A stretch of DNA of 64,000 nt from Eledone cirrhosa. Its lineage: Eukaryota. Position numbers and translations under genes: made by a program. This document shows, in pieces, positions 1-15,801 of the stretch (the first letter of the stretch is position 1; every line of letters starts with the position of its first letter). Under the pieces are notes generated by a model that was not told the origin of the DNA, ran no database searches, and was given only the letters and a program-made list of their open reading frames with translations. The stretch is taken from NCBI GenBank assembly GCA_964016885.1, contig OZ024751.1, forward strand, positions 6,634,001 to 6,698,000, given 5' to 3'.

Positions 1-58
1 TATATTTATATATTTATATATTTATATATTTATATATATATATATTTATATATATATA

Positions 59-145
<87 letters not shown>

Positions 146-189
146 ATATATATATTATTATTATGTAATAAACAACATAAGGCAATTAT

Positions 190-247
190 TCCATTTACCA
201 GTGGTTTCTTAAAAGCAAAAGGTTTTGCTTTCAATCCTCAGAATGAA
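190..247 (-). ncRNA. Type I hammerhead ribozyme, family A
   Basis: Minus strand: TTCATT-CTGAGGA-TTGAAAGCAAAA cc TTTTGCTTTTAA-GAAACCA c TG-GTA-AATGGA; stems I, II and III pair and the core is intact. Confidence 0.85.
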
Positions 248-533
248 AAATCCTGGTTTGTTTATTGAATATGGATTCTAAAAACAAAAATGCAATCTAT
301 ATGAAAGTGAGGCTGGAAAAGGGAGTAGGAAAGGAAAAATAAAATAAAACTACACATCCAAACACACACAAAAAAAACACAAAAGCATACTTACACACAC
401 ATACATATATACACATATATAAATATACGCATACACATATACATATACACATATATATATATATATATAAAGAGCGTACACCTACACACACATACACATA
501 TATACACACGTATATACACATACATACATTCAT

Positions 534-571
<38 letters not shown>

Positions 572-613
572 ACACACACACATACACACACACATATATA
601 TACATGTACATAT

Positions 614-671
<58 letters not shown>

Positions 672-1237
672 GTGTGTGTACAAGCATACACATACACACA
701 CACATATATATACACACATACATACATTCACACAAACATACAACGTACATACATACACATACATGAATGCACTCCACTACATATTCACACACGCAAATAA
801 ATATAAGAAAAAAATATATAAATATATATTAACAAATTTTTGACAGCGATACATGCCCCAGCTAACAGGACAGACACGCGTGGTAAGTAATACACACAAA
901 AGCACATATACATACGTACGAAATAGAGATGCTGTCCTCATCTGAAATCGCATCTGATCTGTAATTGGATTGACACTCCTACGATAAATCAACCGCCTTG
1001 AACTCCTTCTCTGCTCTTTACTTTTGCTACGGTTTTTATTTTGCTGATTCTACCTTCTGTACTCTTGTATATTTAAAAATTTTTTTCTCCCTTACCTCCC
1101 CTTATATTTTTATCTCCTCTTACCCCCCCCCCCATATATTCTTTTTGTTTTGCCCTTCACATACCTATGTGTATGTGTATGTATTTTTGTGTGTATATAT
1201 ATATATGTGTATGTATGTATATATGTACGTATATGTT

Positions 1238-1361
<124 letters not shown>

Positions 1362-1436
1362 CGTGTCTGTATGTGTGTATATAATTGTATATTTGTGTGT
1401 GTATATGTATGTGTATGTGGATAAACCAGGCCTTTT

Positions 1437-1494
1437 TTCATTCTGAAGATTGAAGGAAACTTTTTTTGTTTTTAAGAAACCTCTGGTGAATGGA
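1437..1494 (+). ncRNA. HHR family A, diverged copy (cleavage triplet GTG)
   Basis: TTCATT-CTGAAGA-...-GAAACCTCTG-GTG-AATGGA. Confidence 0.7.
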
Positions 1495-1939
1495 TTAATT
1501 GCCTTGTATGGCTTTATTACTTTACTACTATATATACGTTTATGTAAGGTTCATTTGTCTTATCTAATACTGAGCTTTACACATACACACATGTATATGT
1601 GTGTGTGTGTATGTGCATGTGTGTATGTGTACGTGTATGTGTGTATATATATGTTTATATATATATATGTATATATATATATGTGTATGTATATGTATAT
1701 ATGTATATGTATAGATGTGTATATGTATGTGTATGTATGTATATGTGTGCGTGTGTATTTATTTATTTTTATGTATATGTGGGTTTGTGTGTGGGTGTGT
1801 GTGTGTATGTGTGTGTGTTTGTATTTAGTTGTGCGTTCTTTTGATATATACGTATTTGCATGTGTATAATTGTTTAGCTATGTATGTATATGTGTGTTTA
1901 CGTATTTATATGTGTGTGTGCGTTTATATTTTATGTTTT

Positions 1940-1995
<56 letters not shown>

Positions 1996-2385
1996 ATATA
2001 ATTACATATACATGTGTGTGTTTATATTGTATACGTGTACGTGTTTGTGTATGTATGTGTATGTACGTGTTTATGTATTTGTATATGTATATTTATGTGT
2101 GAGAGTGTGTGTATGTGTTTACTATTTCGTACGTATGTATATGTGCTTTTGTGTGTATTACTTACCACGCGTGTCTGTCCTGTTAGCTGGGGCATGTATC
2201 GCTGTCAAAAATTTGTTAATATATATTTATATATTTTTTTCTTATATTTATTTGCGTGTGTGAATATGTAGTGGAGTGCATTCATGTATGTGTATGTATG
2301 TACGTTGTATGTTTGTGTGAATGTATGTATGTGTGTATATATATATGTGTGTGTGTATGTGTATGCTTGTACACACACATGTGTG

Positions 2386-2424
<39 letters not shown>

Positions 2425-2790
2425 GTATGTATATATGTACATGTATATATATGTGTGTGCGTGTGTGTGTGTGTGTGTATATGCGTGTGTGTGTGTGTGT
2501 GTGTATGTATGAATGTATGTATGTGTATATATGTGTGTATATATGTGTATGCGTGTGTAGGTGTACGCTCTTTATATATATATATATGTGTATATGTATA
2601 TGTGTATGCGTACATTTATATATGTGTATATATGTATGTGTGTGTAAGTATGCTTTTGTGTTTTTTTTGTGTGTGTTTGCATGTGTAGTTTTATTTTATT
2701 TTTCCTTTCCTTCTCCCTTTTCCAGCCTCACTTTCATATAGATTGCATTTTTGTTTTTAGAATCCATATTCAATAAACAAACCAGGATTT

Positions 2791-2848
2791 TTCATTCTGA
2801 GGATTGAAAGCAAAACCTTTTACTTTTAAGAAACCACTGATAAATGGA
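2791..2848 (+). ncRNA. HHR family A, copy in the right IR arm
   Basis: TTCATT-CTGAGGA-stem II-GAAACCACTG-ATA-AATGGA. Confidence 0.75.
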
Positions 2849-2951
2849 ATAATTGCCTTATGTTGTTTATTACATAATAATAATAATTAAGCTCTGTTGA
2901 ATACATAGAGCACTCTTTTTTCCTGGACTTTTCCGATGGAATTACTTTATT

Positions 2952-3026
<75 letters not shown>

Positions 3027-3248
3027 TATATATATATATTTATAAGTATGTATACTTACATACATATATGTATACAGACGTACAGTAGTATGTATATATA
3101 TATACATACATGCACACATATATATATGTACGTATGGATTCACCGAACATTTATTATAATGCTCGGTGTGTTTGCAAACAAACATCCCGAATTAAGCCGT
3201 ACTGTCTAGCAACCATCGTTGCTCATTTGTTCAACACTGACAAAGGAT

Positions 3249-3289
3249 CGCTGTACTAGTTTCAAGCTTATTAGCTATCGTCAGCAACG
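3249..3289 (-). ncRNA. Minimal type I HHR, family B (intact core)
   Basis: Minus strand: CGTTG-CTGACGA-TAGC taataa GCTT-GAAAC TA GTA-CAGCG; stem III palindrome ACTAGT. Confidence 0.85.
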
Positions 3290-3457
3290 TATACCTTCCT
3301 GCCAGATGATTGAACGTCTGAAAGTATATACTTTCCTTGTGCATATTAACGGCTGAGCAGCCTAATATTATTTACGTAGGAAACGTAAAGGAAAGGAGAG
3401 TGCTCTATGTAAGCTACAGAACTATTTAGTTATGTAAACAAGATAAGACAATTATTG

Positions 3458-3524
3458 CCTTTACCAAAGGTTTCACGGAGACAGGTGAGCTCGACACAGA
3501 CGTCTGAAATCGCTCATCACAGGG
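3458..3524 (-). ncRNA. Degenerate HHR related to family A
   Basis: Minus strand: CCCT-GTGATGA-GCG...CGT-GAAACC ttt G-GTA-AAGG, followed by the family A downstream sequence (aataatt...acatagagcactc). Confidence 0.6.
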
Positions 3525-3853
3525 ACATTTTATTTGATGTGGATGTAAGATATGGATTTAAAAACAAAGGCTAAAAAAATTGAAAGCGAGGCTGATATAT
3601 AATATAAAATAATATAACGGGAGAAAATAGAACGTAATGTAATGGGGGAAAAATAATAAATATATGTATATATACATATATTATAATTGAACATAAAAGA
3701 AAAACGAACACAGATATATACATATATGTGTTCAAATTGCAAGGGACCAGATTCGCTAATGTTAAAAGTATACTAACTATAGACAATAGGGTTTGCCAGA
3801 CTAATTTAAGAATAAATCAAGAAAATAAATACAAACCGGAATTGTGGTAACTA

Positions 3854-3925
3854 CCAATCAGCCTTGGTAGTGCTGTTTCGCAAAATTAATTGTCAAGAGG
3901 AATACCAAATATTGCTCATCAGTGG
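3854..3925 (-). ncRNA. HHR with mutated cleavage triplet
   Basis: Minus strand: CCA-CTGATGA-GCAA...TTGC-GAAACAGC actaccaag GCT-GAT-TGG. Confidence 0.65.
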
Positions 3926-4290
3926 GTGAGAATTAGTATCCTGGACACTTCTAAGTTTATAAAAAAACTGAATAGTGTGCGTATATATAATAACGCACAT
4001 GTATTCTGAACTTAGCGTGTCTCACAAACTCACACCACCAAAAATAGCAGCCAGGTTTACTTGACATTTGAATTAGCTCAAAAAATTAACGGAGCCGAAT
4101 ATATCAAAGGTATATATTGTGTTAGAAACTCAAGATAGTCTCTTACAATAAAGTAGCTCTAGGAAAGAGATTTTTCCGAGCTGTATATTATAATTGAATA
4201 TAAAAGAAAAACAAACACAGATATATACATATATGTGATCAAATCATTTCTAAGTATATTAAAAAAATGAATATATATATATATACACAT

Positions 4291-4383
<93 letters not shown>

Positions 4384-4726
4384 TATACATAAATACATAT
4401 ACATACATACATTCACATACATATAAACACAAGCAATTTTTTGTTTTCCTTTTTGTCCAACACTGTACTTATGTATAATTAGCGCGTGTGCGCGAACGTG
4501 TGTTGGGAGTTAAACTTTACTATTTGTTATTTTCATTTTTATATTTGTTATGCCTGTCTGCTTACTTAGATACTTACATCCTGATTTGTGCTTATGGTTG
4601 TATCTTTTACATGTGTGTGTATGTATGTGATTGTATGTGTGTGTATGTATATATGTATATGTGTATATGTATATATGTGTGCGTATATATGTGTGTATGT
4701 GTATGTATATACATATACATATATAT

Positions 4727-5438
4727 ACTTTTCCCATCTTGACGTTATAGTCGCATATATGTTATAGAATGCCGTTAGCTTCTTGCTAAAACAATCTCTA
4801 TACCTCTCATTTATATTTATACTCGGATTCTTTTCCTAGAGTGCTTAAACTATCTGTGACTAATCCCGGTTTTTTTTTCATAAAAACTGTGATAATATTG
4901 CTATTTTGCTGAACTCCTTTGTAGAGTTTTTTTCAGAATGTATTTGACTGCTATTTCTTGTAAATAAACATTCACTTCCATCCTGACGTCACTAGCCCCG
5001 TTTTTTCCTCATGTGCTTTTTCATAAATACACATGAAGGCGAACTAGCCAGTTTTAGAATTCCCTTTTTCGGATTATATTACTGTGAGAGCCCTGGTTTT
5101 CTGTTGAGCTCTGCTGATGATTGAAATTCCAACCGTGACCATCTCCACTGAAAGTTTTCATGAAATAGTCTTTTAAGACTATACAGAGCATTTGATGTTA
5201 TTCCAAATTGAAGGATAAGTGTTTCAAACTTTATTTTATCATGAGTTAAAGGTCTATAGATTTTCCCTGGATTTTACTAAATTCTGTGGATGAATTTATA
5301 TCCTGATTCTCTTTTGAGATGAGTTTGAGTTATTTTTCCTAAATCTTTCGTTAACTACTTTTCCCATCTTGACGTTATAGTCGCATATATGTTATAGAAT
5401 GCCGTTAGCTTCTTGCTAAAACAATCTCTATACCTCTC

Positions 5439-5445
<7 letters not shown>
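4727..5445. repeat. ~90-bp direct repeats (~4727-4815 and ~5357-5445) around a ~540-bp spacer; pseudo-LTR-like
   Basis: ttttcccatcttgacgttatagtcgcatatatg...cctctcatttata occurs twice; the spacer's minus strand reads KHLSFNLE, loosely like a PLE N-terminus. Confidence 0.7.
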
Positions 5446-5520
<75 letters not shown>

Positions 5521-5540
5521 TTATTAAAATAATTGATTAA

Positions 5541-6764
5541 AGTTTAACCAATAAATCGCTGCTTTCACCCTTAACGGGATCTTCTGAAACTAAAATAATC
5601 AATCTGTGAAGGCAGACAATATTTGGATCGTGGGAACGTTCCCTGGCAATGAACGGAAAATAGCAAAGATAATCCGTCGTTATGTGGAGCGGTGAAATCA
5701 ATTACACGGAAAGACAAAATCACGTTTATGGTATAAATGAAGTCGTAGACTAAAATTCTATTAAGGAAACCGAATGATTCTCGGCTTCAGCGTTAAGAAT
5801 AATGTAAATAAATTACAGAGTTTATTGAAATCAACAATAATTAAATATATACATGCACGCATCCATATACGTACATACACATGCGTACGCGAAAACACCC
5901 GCCATGGGTATACAAATACAGGCACGTACACAAAAACACGCGCACACATACAAAAACCCTCGCAACGCTTGTACCCGTACACATACGAACGTATACACCA
6001 AATACACATAAAACATATATAAACAAATATATATATACATGTGTGTGTGTATGCGTGTATACATATAATTATATAAACGTATATAAATATCCACACATAA
6101 ATACGTATATAACACGCGCGCACACACACAGTTACATGTAAATACACATATGTTCGCTAAACATACGTCAACCAAAACACAAAGTACACTTATACACACA
6201 CCCTACATATATGCAAACCCTCAATTGTTTTCACCGCTCCAAATAATGACGTATTATCTTTGTTTCCTTCAGTCCTTTGCCAGGGAACGTTTCCACGAAC
6301 CAAAGTATCGTCTTCCTGTCTTCTTTCTGTTACAACGTTTTTCGAAATATTTACTTCTGCGTTCACAGATTGATTTTTAGTTTCAGAAGATCCCTTTAAG
6401 GGTGAAAGCAGCGATTCTTTGCTTAAACTTTAATCTGTTATTTAATATGAATGCTCCTTTGGATGTGTAATAGTAATAGACGTGAACGGCAAAGCATAAA
6501 TGAACTAGGTGATACCACCAACGTTTCAACAAGAAACGTTGGTGGTGTTGCCAGTTTAGTCGCCAACGACCCGACCATGGGACATACATACATACATACA
6601 TACATACATACATACATACATACATACATACATACATACATACATACATACATACATACATCCTTCCTCAGTTTTATATATATATACATATATATAGATT
6701 AAAATAACATTAACTTTTAAGCAAAGAATCGTTGCTTTCACCCTTAACGGCATCTTCTGAAACT
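5541..6764. ncRNA. Three HHR family C copies (5541-5591 -, 6379-6429 +, 6714-6764 -), all with a CAGAAGA core, in inverted modules
   Basis: AGTTT-CAGAAGA-TCCC tttaa GGGT-GAAAGCA gcgattctt TG-CTT-AAACT (6379 copy). Confidence 0.75.
6584..6661 (+). repeat. (CATA)n tetranucleotide microsatellite
   Basis: Direct inspection. Confidence 0.95.
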
Positions 6765-7163
6765 AAAAACATCAATCTGCGAACGCAGAAGTATAAATAT
6801 TTCGAAAAACGTTGCAAAGGAAAGAAAATAGGAACACGATAGTTTGGTTCGTGAAGACGGTCCCTGGCAATGAACGGAATTGGTGGCCTTGATAATAGCG
6901 AACATAATACGTCATCAATGTTCGTCAGAATGTCGTAATGCAGACATCCAGGCATACGGACAGATATTATAAGAGTGCGACGGAGATGGATAATCGGCGC
7001 CTAACACCCCTTTATCAACAGAACATTGAAAAATAAAAGCTGCAGTTAATATCTTTAGACTGCAAGGAATATATAAATGCAAGTTTGAAGTCAATCGTAG
7101 TAGAAATGTGGATTTGTATAGACTTTGCAAAATTGAGGACACACACACACACAGACAACAACA

Positions 7164-7259
<96 letters not shown>

Positions 7260-7477
7260 TATATACAGAGAGAGAGAGAGATAGAGAGAGTGAAACAGCC
7301 AGTACCATCCTAGTTTAGCACACAAAAATCCGCCGGAATACAAAAATCAACATGGCACAGTACTGTTTCAAATCCCGTGGAGAATCGCTGGTATTCGATT
7401 AATAATAAATCCATGACCACACACACACACATATATATATATCATTGTTACACACAAATAATATTTATTTTCACATA

Positions 7478-7523
<46 letters not shown>

Positions 7524-7670
7524 TATGCGAAAATAAATATGACTTGTGTGTAACAATGATATTAGTTTATCAATTGAGATATTGATATATATGTTAAGAA
7601 TTACCTCCCAACAAATTCCTTCTGACCAATTCTTCCTGCCTACTTATTTATTTATTACTGTTATCATACT

Positions 7671-7721
<51 letters not shown>

Positions 7722-8124
7722 CTAGATTAAATAGAAAGAGAATCTAGATGTCAATTTCCCTACAGAATTTCCAAACCGAGCGCTAATACATCCTCATTTA
7801 TCGTAAATTCACTTTTCAAGTATTTACGAATGTGTTATTGTATATTATTTCGAATACAAAATGAGGCAAGCTAGATAGCTATTATGTATAAATTGAGAAT
7901 TTCATTTACATAAGCATTGTTTCAAACACTTCTATGGGAAAATAAATATGATTTGTGTGTAACAATGATATTAGTTTATCAATTGATATATTGATTTGCA
8001 CGTAACAATGACATCACTTGATCGATTATTTCATTGATTTATTGCCATAGGAAAAAAGTCAATAAATGTTTTTGCGGAGAAAGAGTTTGTGAATTCCAAA
8101 AAGCTCGTATGATTATAAGTCATG

Positions 8125-8330
8125 TGCGTGGTGAATTGGCAGTATCGATAGAGCGTCGGACAGCATGCTTCGCAGCATAGCATTACGGCCCTTTACGTTC
8201 TGAGTTCAAATTCCGCCGAGGTTATCTTTGCCTTCTATCATTACGGTGTCCATAGATATGCACGAGTAATGCACAGGGGCCAATTCAATCGATTTTCCCT
8301 TCCTCCAAAATTACTGGCCTTGAACTCAAA
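8125..8330 (+). mobile_element. tRNA-derived SINE, family S1
   Basis: A box-like TGGCAGTATCGATAG, B box GAGTTCAAATTCC, conserved central tttgccttt..catccttacggggtcgat domain; about 12 copies in the window. Confidence 0.85.
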
Positions 8331-8366
8331 ATCTACTCGTGTACATAAGAGTGTCAGTTACAAAGG

Positions 8367-8550
8367 TTAGATATGGTTCCACCACAGTTGAACACCTTGT
8401 TGTCTTTTCTCATTAAACTTTGCCAGGCCCAATACTGTGCAGGGTTCTTCCAGCAGGGGACATATCAGGAGGTGCTGTGTAGTCTTTGATTCGATGCCGC
8501 AGTCACACAATGTCCCCATCCTTTAAATGTCTCCATATTGCAAGAGTGTC
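8367..8550 (-). pseudogene. 3' fragment of a non-LTR retrotransposon ORF (Ingi/Vingi/I-like CCHC knuckle)
   Basis: Minus-strand translation LCDCGIESKTTQHLLICPLLEEPCTVLGLAKFNEKRQQGVQLWWNHI*. Confidence 0.7.
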
Positions 8551-9694
8551 TAAAGTAAAGGCAATTATTAGTGATGTGAGCTATAGATATCTTCAGACAA
8601 CATTTTCTAACGGACTGAGTTCTCGGCTAACTTGATGGTGTTTACATTTAATGAGGTCCACCTGATTATAGGGAATCGATGTATAGTGATAAATCCAGCA
8701 GGGAACAAATAATAGGTTAATTGGTTCCAGTGAATGTGATATATATGTAATGTGAAAATCATACCCAAATTACACCTTGTAGTGGCCTGAAAATGGAAGA
8801 ATATACTATACTTTATACAATAAGACAGAGAGCTTGAAAAAATAATTCAGAATGTTTAGAGATGGAATGTCTGTGTTCATAGATCTGATTTATCTGTATT
8901 GAGCTGAGGTTAAACAAAAATACATAAATAACAAAAAAGCTCAGCTGACATTGCCTAAATCACATCTCTTTTTAACCAGAGGATGAGAGGGGTGAATACA
9001 TGTAAGTGCAGAATTAGCATGTCTGCAGTACCAAGACAAATCACTCAAATAAGGAAAGAAAAATAAACATTTATTTTTCGTTATTTTCTTAAACACTTTA
9101 ACGCATATGTTAAACATGATGGTGAATTCATCGACAAGACGAACACAAATAACCATTTCAATTTGAAAGTGTGAGAGAATGTTTTTTTTTCTTTCCAATA
9201 AAAAAAAAAAAACTATTTGCTGATAGCATGAGCAGACAACGAAATTTTGGACAGCTGCCTATTTCTCACATAAATGTTACAATACGGTGTAACAGTAAAA
9301 CACACATATACTTACGTATATCTGTGTATGTATTACAAAGCACCATTAATATATCTACCTCTCGTTTGCTCTTATATTCTCCGCAGCTATCCCTCTATAC
9401 ATATATGTATGTGGATATGTATAGATACCTGTGCATGTTTGGGTGGGTACACCTGCCTTTGCGCTGGTATGTAAATACTGTTTTAAGGTGATAGTTATTA
9501 AATGATATGTAAATTGGCACTACAAATATGTTCATTGGCACAACCAATTCGTTGTTAATGGCAGGTTCTATAGATTTATAAAGTGTCGGTTATATATACT
9601 TGTGGTGAGACGTAGAGCCTGTTCCTTCGGCAAAAATATGTTCTGCAATCTATATAGATATTATTTTATAGTATACCTTACATTCATAGTACAG

Positions 9695-9762
<68 letters not shown>

Positions 9763-9910
9763 CGGCGATGAATAGGTTTTGCGAGGTTTTTGATATGAAA
9801 TCGTGTGTCGAAACAAATATTGTCGAAACAAATATTCTGAGTGTATTCTGTTATTAATTCTGGCAATATTATTACACGAATATGACACTCCCCAAGTATA
9901 ACAATATCCA

Positions 9911-9955
<45 letters not shown>

Positions 9956-9972
9956 ATGTATATATATATATG

Positions 9973-10011
<39 letters not shown>

Positions 10012-10063
10012 ATATATATCTACATATATATATATACATATATATATATATACATGTATATAC

Positions 10064-10127
<64 letters not shown>

Positions 10128-10168
10128 TCATATTCAATAAATGGAAACTATATTTATAAAACCATATT

Positions 10169-10232
10169 TATTTTATTATATATATTTCAAGGGTACCAAG
10201 ACAAAATTGCTACGCTTTCATCAGATAAAATA
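10169..10232 (-). ncRNA. Type I HHR, family D
   Basis: Minus strand: TATTTTAT-CTGATGA-AAG...CTT-GAAAT ATAT ATA-ATAAAATA; perfect 8-bp stem I. Confidence 0.85.
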
Positions 10233-10259
10233 CAAAGTTTGTTTCATAAATAGAGACAT

Positions 10260-10624
10260 ACCCATGAATGGATAGTAGAGCCCTGTGTTTTGGTTTAATG
10301 TTACGTCTAAAAAAGTTAACAATTTTATAGTTATTCTCTATTTCTAACTGAATGTTGTAGCTATTGAATAATTGTATTATGGATTTTATTTTCCTATTAA
10401 TTTTACAATTACTATGATTTTCAATTAAAAGCACCATATCATCACGATATAAACCAACGGTTATCTTTGTTATTTTTCTATGTAGTGTATTATTAATAAA
10501 TAGCCCCACAAGATCCGTTATTTGCGCCAAGTCTGATGATCCCATGGTGATATCAAAATTATTTTTTCTATTGGCTCTTGTCCAGAGATGATTGTTGAAT
10601 TCAAATAAAGTTTTCCGTGCGGTT

Positions 10625-10632
<8 letters not shown>
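10260..10632 (-). pseudogene. Penelope-like (Naiad-type) reverse transcriptase fragment
   Basis: [13 protein letters not shown]...[21 protein letters not shown]...VGLYRDD. Confidence 0.85.
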
Positions 10633-10700
<68 letters not shown>

Positions 10701-10710
10701 TATATATATA

Positions 10711-10790
<80 letters not shown>

Positions 10791-11494
10791 GTTCAAGAGT
10801 AAACATTCTTAAAGAGAGAGATAGAGATAGGAGAGGACAGATTGGTGAATTAGTTAGAAGCCAAGTTAGTAAACGGACATTATTATTATTAATATTATTA
10901 TTATTATTATTCTCTACATTCCTTACATCAAACTAAAATATGTTGACAATCTTTTAATAATGTCTTTCTTGTAAAAACTGTGGTCTTGTTTTGCTTAACT
11001 AATGAATATATATATATATATATATGTATGATGTAGTGTTGTATGTTTTTTTATGTCTATATATTATATTATTATTCTATTGGTTTTTTTGTATAGTTTA
11101 TGCACACCGTCAGGGTGATTTTATATTATAAAGAGTATATTTATATTTTAATACTTAATAAGTGTTAGTATGTGTTTGTGTAAATGTGTATATATATGGA
11201 TATATATATATATACATATATTAAGCTTTTTATTTATTATTATCCACTATATCATATTGTAATTCTAACATTATATTACCATGTTGTATTTAATGTATTT
11301 GTCTTATACTGTACTTTCAACGTAGGTTTGACATATTACTCGCTTTCTTGCCCTATAGTCTATATTTGTAACTGCACACTTTTAGCTTTAACATGCTTTT
11401 CCTTGATATCTTTCCTAAACTTTCATGGATATGCATTCCCTATTCTTCTGAGTTTTGGTTGTTTTGGCAGTTAATGCTTCTTGTCAATTTACTT

Positions 11495-11535
11495 GCCCTG
11501 ATGAGTCCTTATTAATGGGACGAAACATTGTAGGC
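11495..11535 (+). ncRNA. Minimal type I HHR, family E
   Basis: GCC-CTGATGA-GTCCT tattaat GGGAC-GAAAC att GTA-GGC, followed by AATAAA. Confidence 0.85.
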
Positions 11536-11838
11536 TAATAAAGACTTTTGGTGTATTGAAGGATTCTTTGTTTATTTTTATAATTTTATAATATATATAT
11601 ATATATATGCGTATATATACATATACATATATATATGCATATATATATATATAACTGATTATACAGAGTGGTTGCCGGGCAAGCAGAAATTGAATATTAG
11701 AATTGGTGCTCTGAAATAGCGATATATATATGAATGTATATATAGTGTATTTTGCAATACACTGTATCAGCTCCTGATTATTACTAGAATTCTATAAGTA
11801 TCAAACATTCATGATTTTCAGCAAACAGGCGGAGTACT

Positions 11839-11883
11839 TAGTTTGATAAGCACCAAAAAGTGCGAAACAGAGCTCTGTCAGCT
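11839..11883 (+). ncRNA. HHR with U3-A8 variant core, family F
   Basis: TTGATAA-GCAC caaaaa GTGC-GAAACAG agct CT-GTC; palindrome ACAGAGCTCTGT; enclosed by ttttcagcaaac/gtttgctgaaaa; proximal stem I imperfect. Confidence 0.7.
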
Positions 11884-12296
11884 TTATCTCCCCCGTTTGC
11901 TGAAAATTAAAGCAAGTGAGACTGTTACTACTCTAAAACAATAGCGTAAGGTCTTCGAAATGCTTTTAATTATACATACCGTGAATTGCAAATACACTAT
12001 ATATACATTCATATATATATATCGCTATTTCAGAGCACCAATTCTAATATATATTTATATATATATCCAATTGAGTTCTTAAACACGTGGTTAAAATACC
12101 TAACAGGCTTCAATGACCAGCGTGTATATTATTTTATATTTTACGATGACCTCCCCTTTCCCTTTTGGGGACAGTGTGAATTTTCTTTTTGAAGGACTAC
12201 TGGCTTTTCAAATTTAGCTGTCCTTCTAGCATTGACGGAGACCATCACTAATTATTAATATCAATGTGATTTTTTATATCGATATTGAATGGGCAT

Positions 12297-12417
12297 CCAC
12301 TGATGAGTTATACGGGCCGGTTTGTGTGTATATCTACGGATTATATACAAGTTTCTACATAACGTGGACATTATTTATCCCAACTTGCAGAAATCTTATG
12401 ACGAAACGATCGTGTGG
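12297..12417 (+). ncRNA. HHR with ~95-nt stem II domain, family G
   Basis: CCA-CTGATGA-GTTATA...TATGAC-GAAAC GATC GTG-TGG; palindrome ACGATCGT. Confidence 0.7.
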
Positions 12418-12601
12418 AAAGAAAGAGAGATTTATTTAATTATGTCTTATATAAAATAATACAACCAACTTTCCACGGAATACTGTATAGTTAGCACCCC
12501 AAACACTTAATTGGGATTATACTTAGGTATATCCTAATGTTTGTTGAGTGAGATGGAGTTGGTCAGAGTATCACTTAAAGCTTCCTCTGTTAATGTATTA
12601 A

Positions 12602-12712
<111 letters not shown>

Positions 12713-13375
12713 TATATATATATGCACTTATAATCATTATGACATTCTGTAGCATAATCTTATATTTCGGTTCCCTTATCACTGATATAAGTACACGCTG
12801 TAACTTTCCAGAGAATATGGCATACAACCATATTTTCACAAGCCTACATTTGTATATTGGATACATAAGTTGCTGATGTAATTCGCACAGAGGCACTTGA
12901 TTAGCAACGATAGATATCATATATAGATAAAGACCTACAATTAACCTTCATTCATTCAGTATTTTGGTCATGTCATGAGGGTCAAAGTTTGACTACCAAA
13001 ATCCTACAGGTGAAAAGGGCCAAGTGATGTTAGAAAAGGAGATGGACAGATGATATTAAGGAATGGACAGGAATAAGTTTGGCGGAATGTACGGCAATGG
13101 CAAGAGACAGGAAAAGATGAACAGTGCTGGTCTATAAGTCCATGACCTTCAGACATAAGGATGAGATTGAGAAAAAGAAGGCCTGAAATTAACAATATTT
13201 AATTAGAAATACAGTTACAAAATAATTAAATGGAAATTTACAACAAAACAATCCCAACTATCAAATATATAACACAGTAATTTAGTCAGTGAACGAAAAC
13301 CGGATTTTAGTTGTTAGGTTCCAATAAGTCTATTTCGTAACCTACCAAATATGGTTATGACTATTGTGCAATCAC

Positions 13376-14565
<1,190 letters not shown>

Positions 14566-14675
14566 TAAACGGAAAAGAAAATGCTGACAAATTGTTCCCA
14601 GTGAAAAATAGTTTAATTAGGAATAAGTAAAAAATTAGTAATAGTATTGGTTAGTATTCAGTTTCAGTTTTAAGT

Positions 14676-14710
14676 TTTACCGGTTGCGCATTTCTAATGC
14701 TTTTCAAAAA
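14676..14710 (-). ncRNA. HHR-like motif, family H (U3-A8 core, GCAA)
   Basis: Minus strand: TTT-TTGAAAA-GCATT aga AATGC-GCAAC CG GTA-AAA; also at 22263-22298 (-) and 22896-22931 (+). Confidence 0.6.
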
Positions 14711-15077
14711 TAATTTTGAGATAGAGCGCCCGTGGTGTTTGCTCTAATGTGATTAGTTTTGGAAATTCTTCCTGTTTTCTGTGAAAAAAGTGGCTCTAGA
14801 TGTATTAAAATAAGTTTCGCACCAATTTGTGTTGCAAAAATTCTTGTGGTCAAAACAATTTTGATTGGTCGGTAGAGGACATGTGAATGTTAAAAATTGA
14901 TTTTGCGCCAAATGTAGGTTTGTGTCGGCTGATTGAGAAGTTACTGAAAAATAAGTCTTTCAAAACAAATATGTGTGTGTGTAGTATTAGTAGTAAACAG
15001 GTTCGTTGTTGTGATAATGATCAGCAGGGATGTGTGTGCGAACCGCAGCCTATTGACAGTTCAAATGCCTAGTAAGA

Positions 15078-15108
<31 letters not shown>

Positions 15109-15801
15109 CTGTGTGTATGTGTGCGTGTGTGTGTGTGTAGCAGAGTAATTCGTGGTAGAGGGATGGTCTGTAGGAATGTGTCTGTACGTGTGTGGGGGAT
15201 ATTTTAAGATGTTAAAAGATATGTTTTAGCTCTTGTCTTATACGGAGAAGTGTGTGTGTGTGTGTGTGTATATGTCCCTTTGTATGTTAATGTACGCGTA
15301 TGTATGTGTGTGTGTGTATGTGTGTGTGTGTGTGTGTGTATGTGTGTGTGAGAATGTGTGTGTGTGGGTGGACAAGTATTTTTTTCTGGTAAAATGGTGT
15401 ACATTATTCGATATTTTCAGTAAAAACGATTCTCTCAATAGAACATCAAACACCTTAATAATAAAAGGTGTGAAATTATATATAGTATTGGTATAATACC
15501 AAGGTGTGTGTGAGTGGCCAGATTGTACGTACTGCAAGGGGAATCCATTAGGCCTTGCCGTATTGGAATACTTGTGTACAAATATGTATGTGTCCATCAG
15601 TGTGCAATGCATGTGTGCGTTTATGTATGTGTGTGTGTCGGCACGTTTATATCTATAGACATCAAAAGGTATGCAAATTTGTGTATATTTGTGTTGCACC
15701 ATAGAACATGTGTGTTTACGTATGTGATTGTGTTTATATGTGGATAGAGATGTATGCTGATGTAGGTATGTACGTTGACGTGTGTATGTTGTGGGTTCGT
15801 C

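Noticed and set aside
5112-5165. CTGATGA...GAAAG motif (similar cases at 29395, 46722 and 59670)
   Set aside because: Stems I-III could not be paired.
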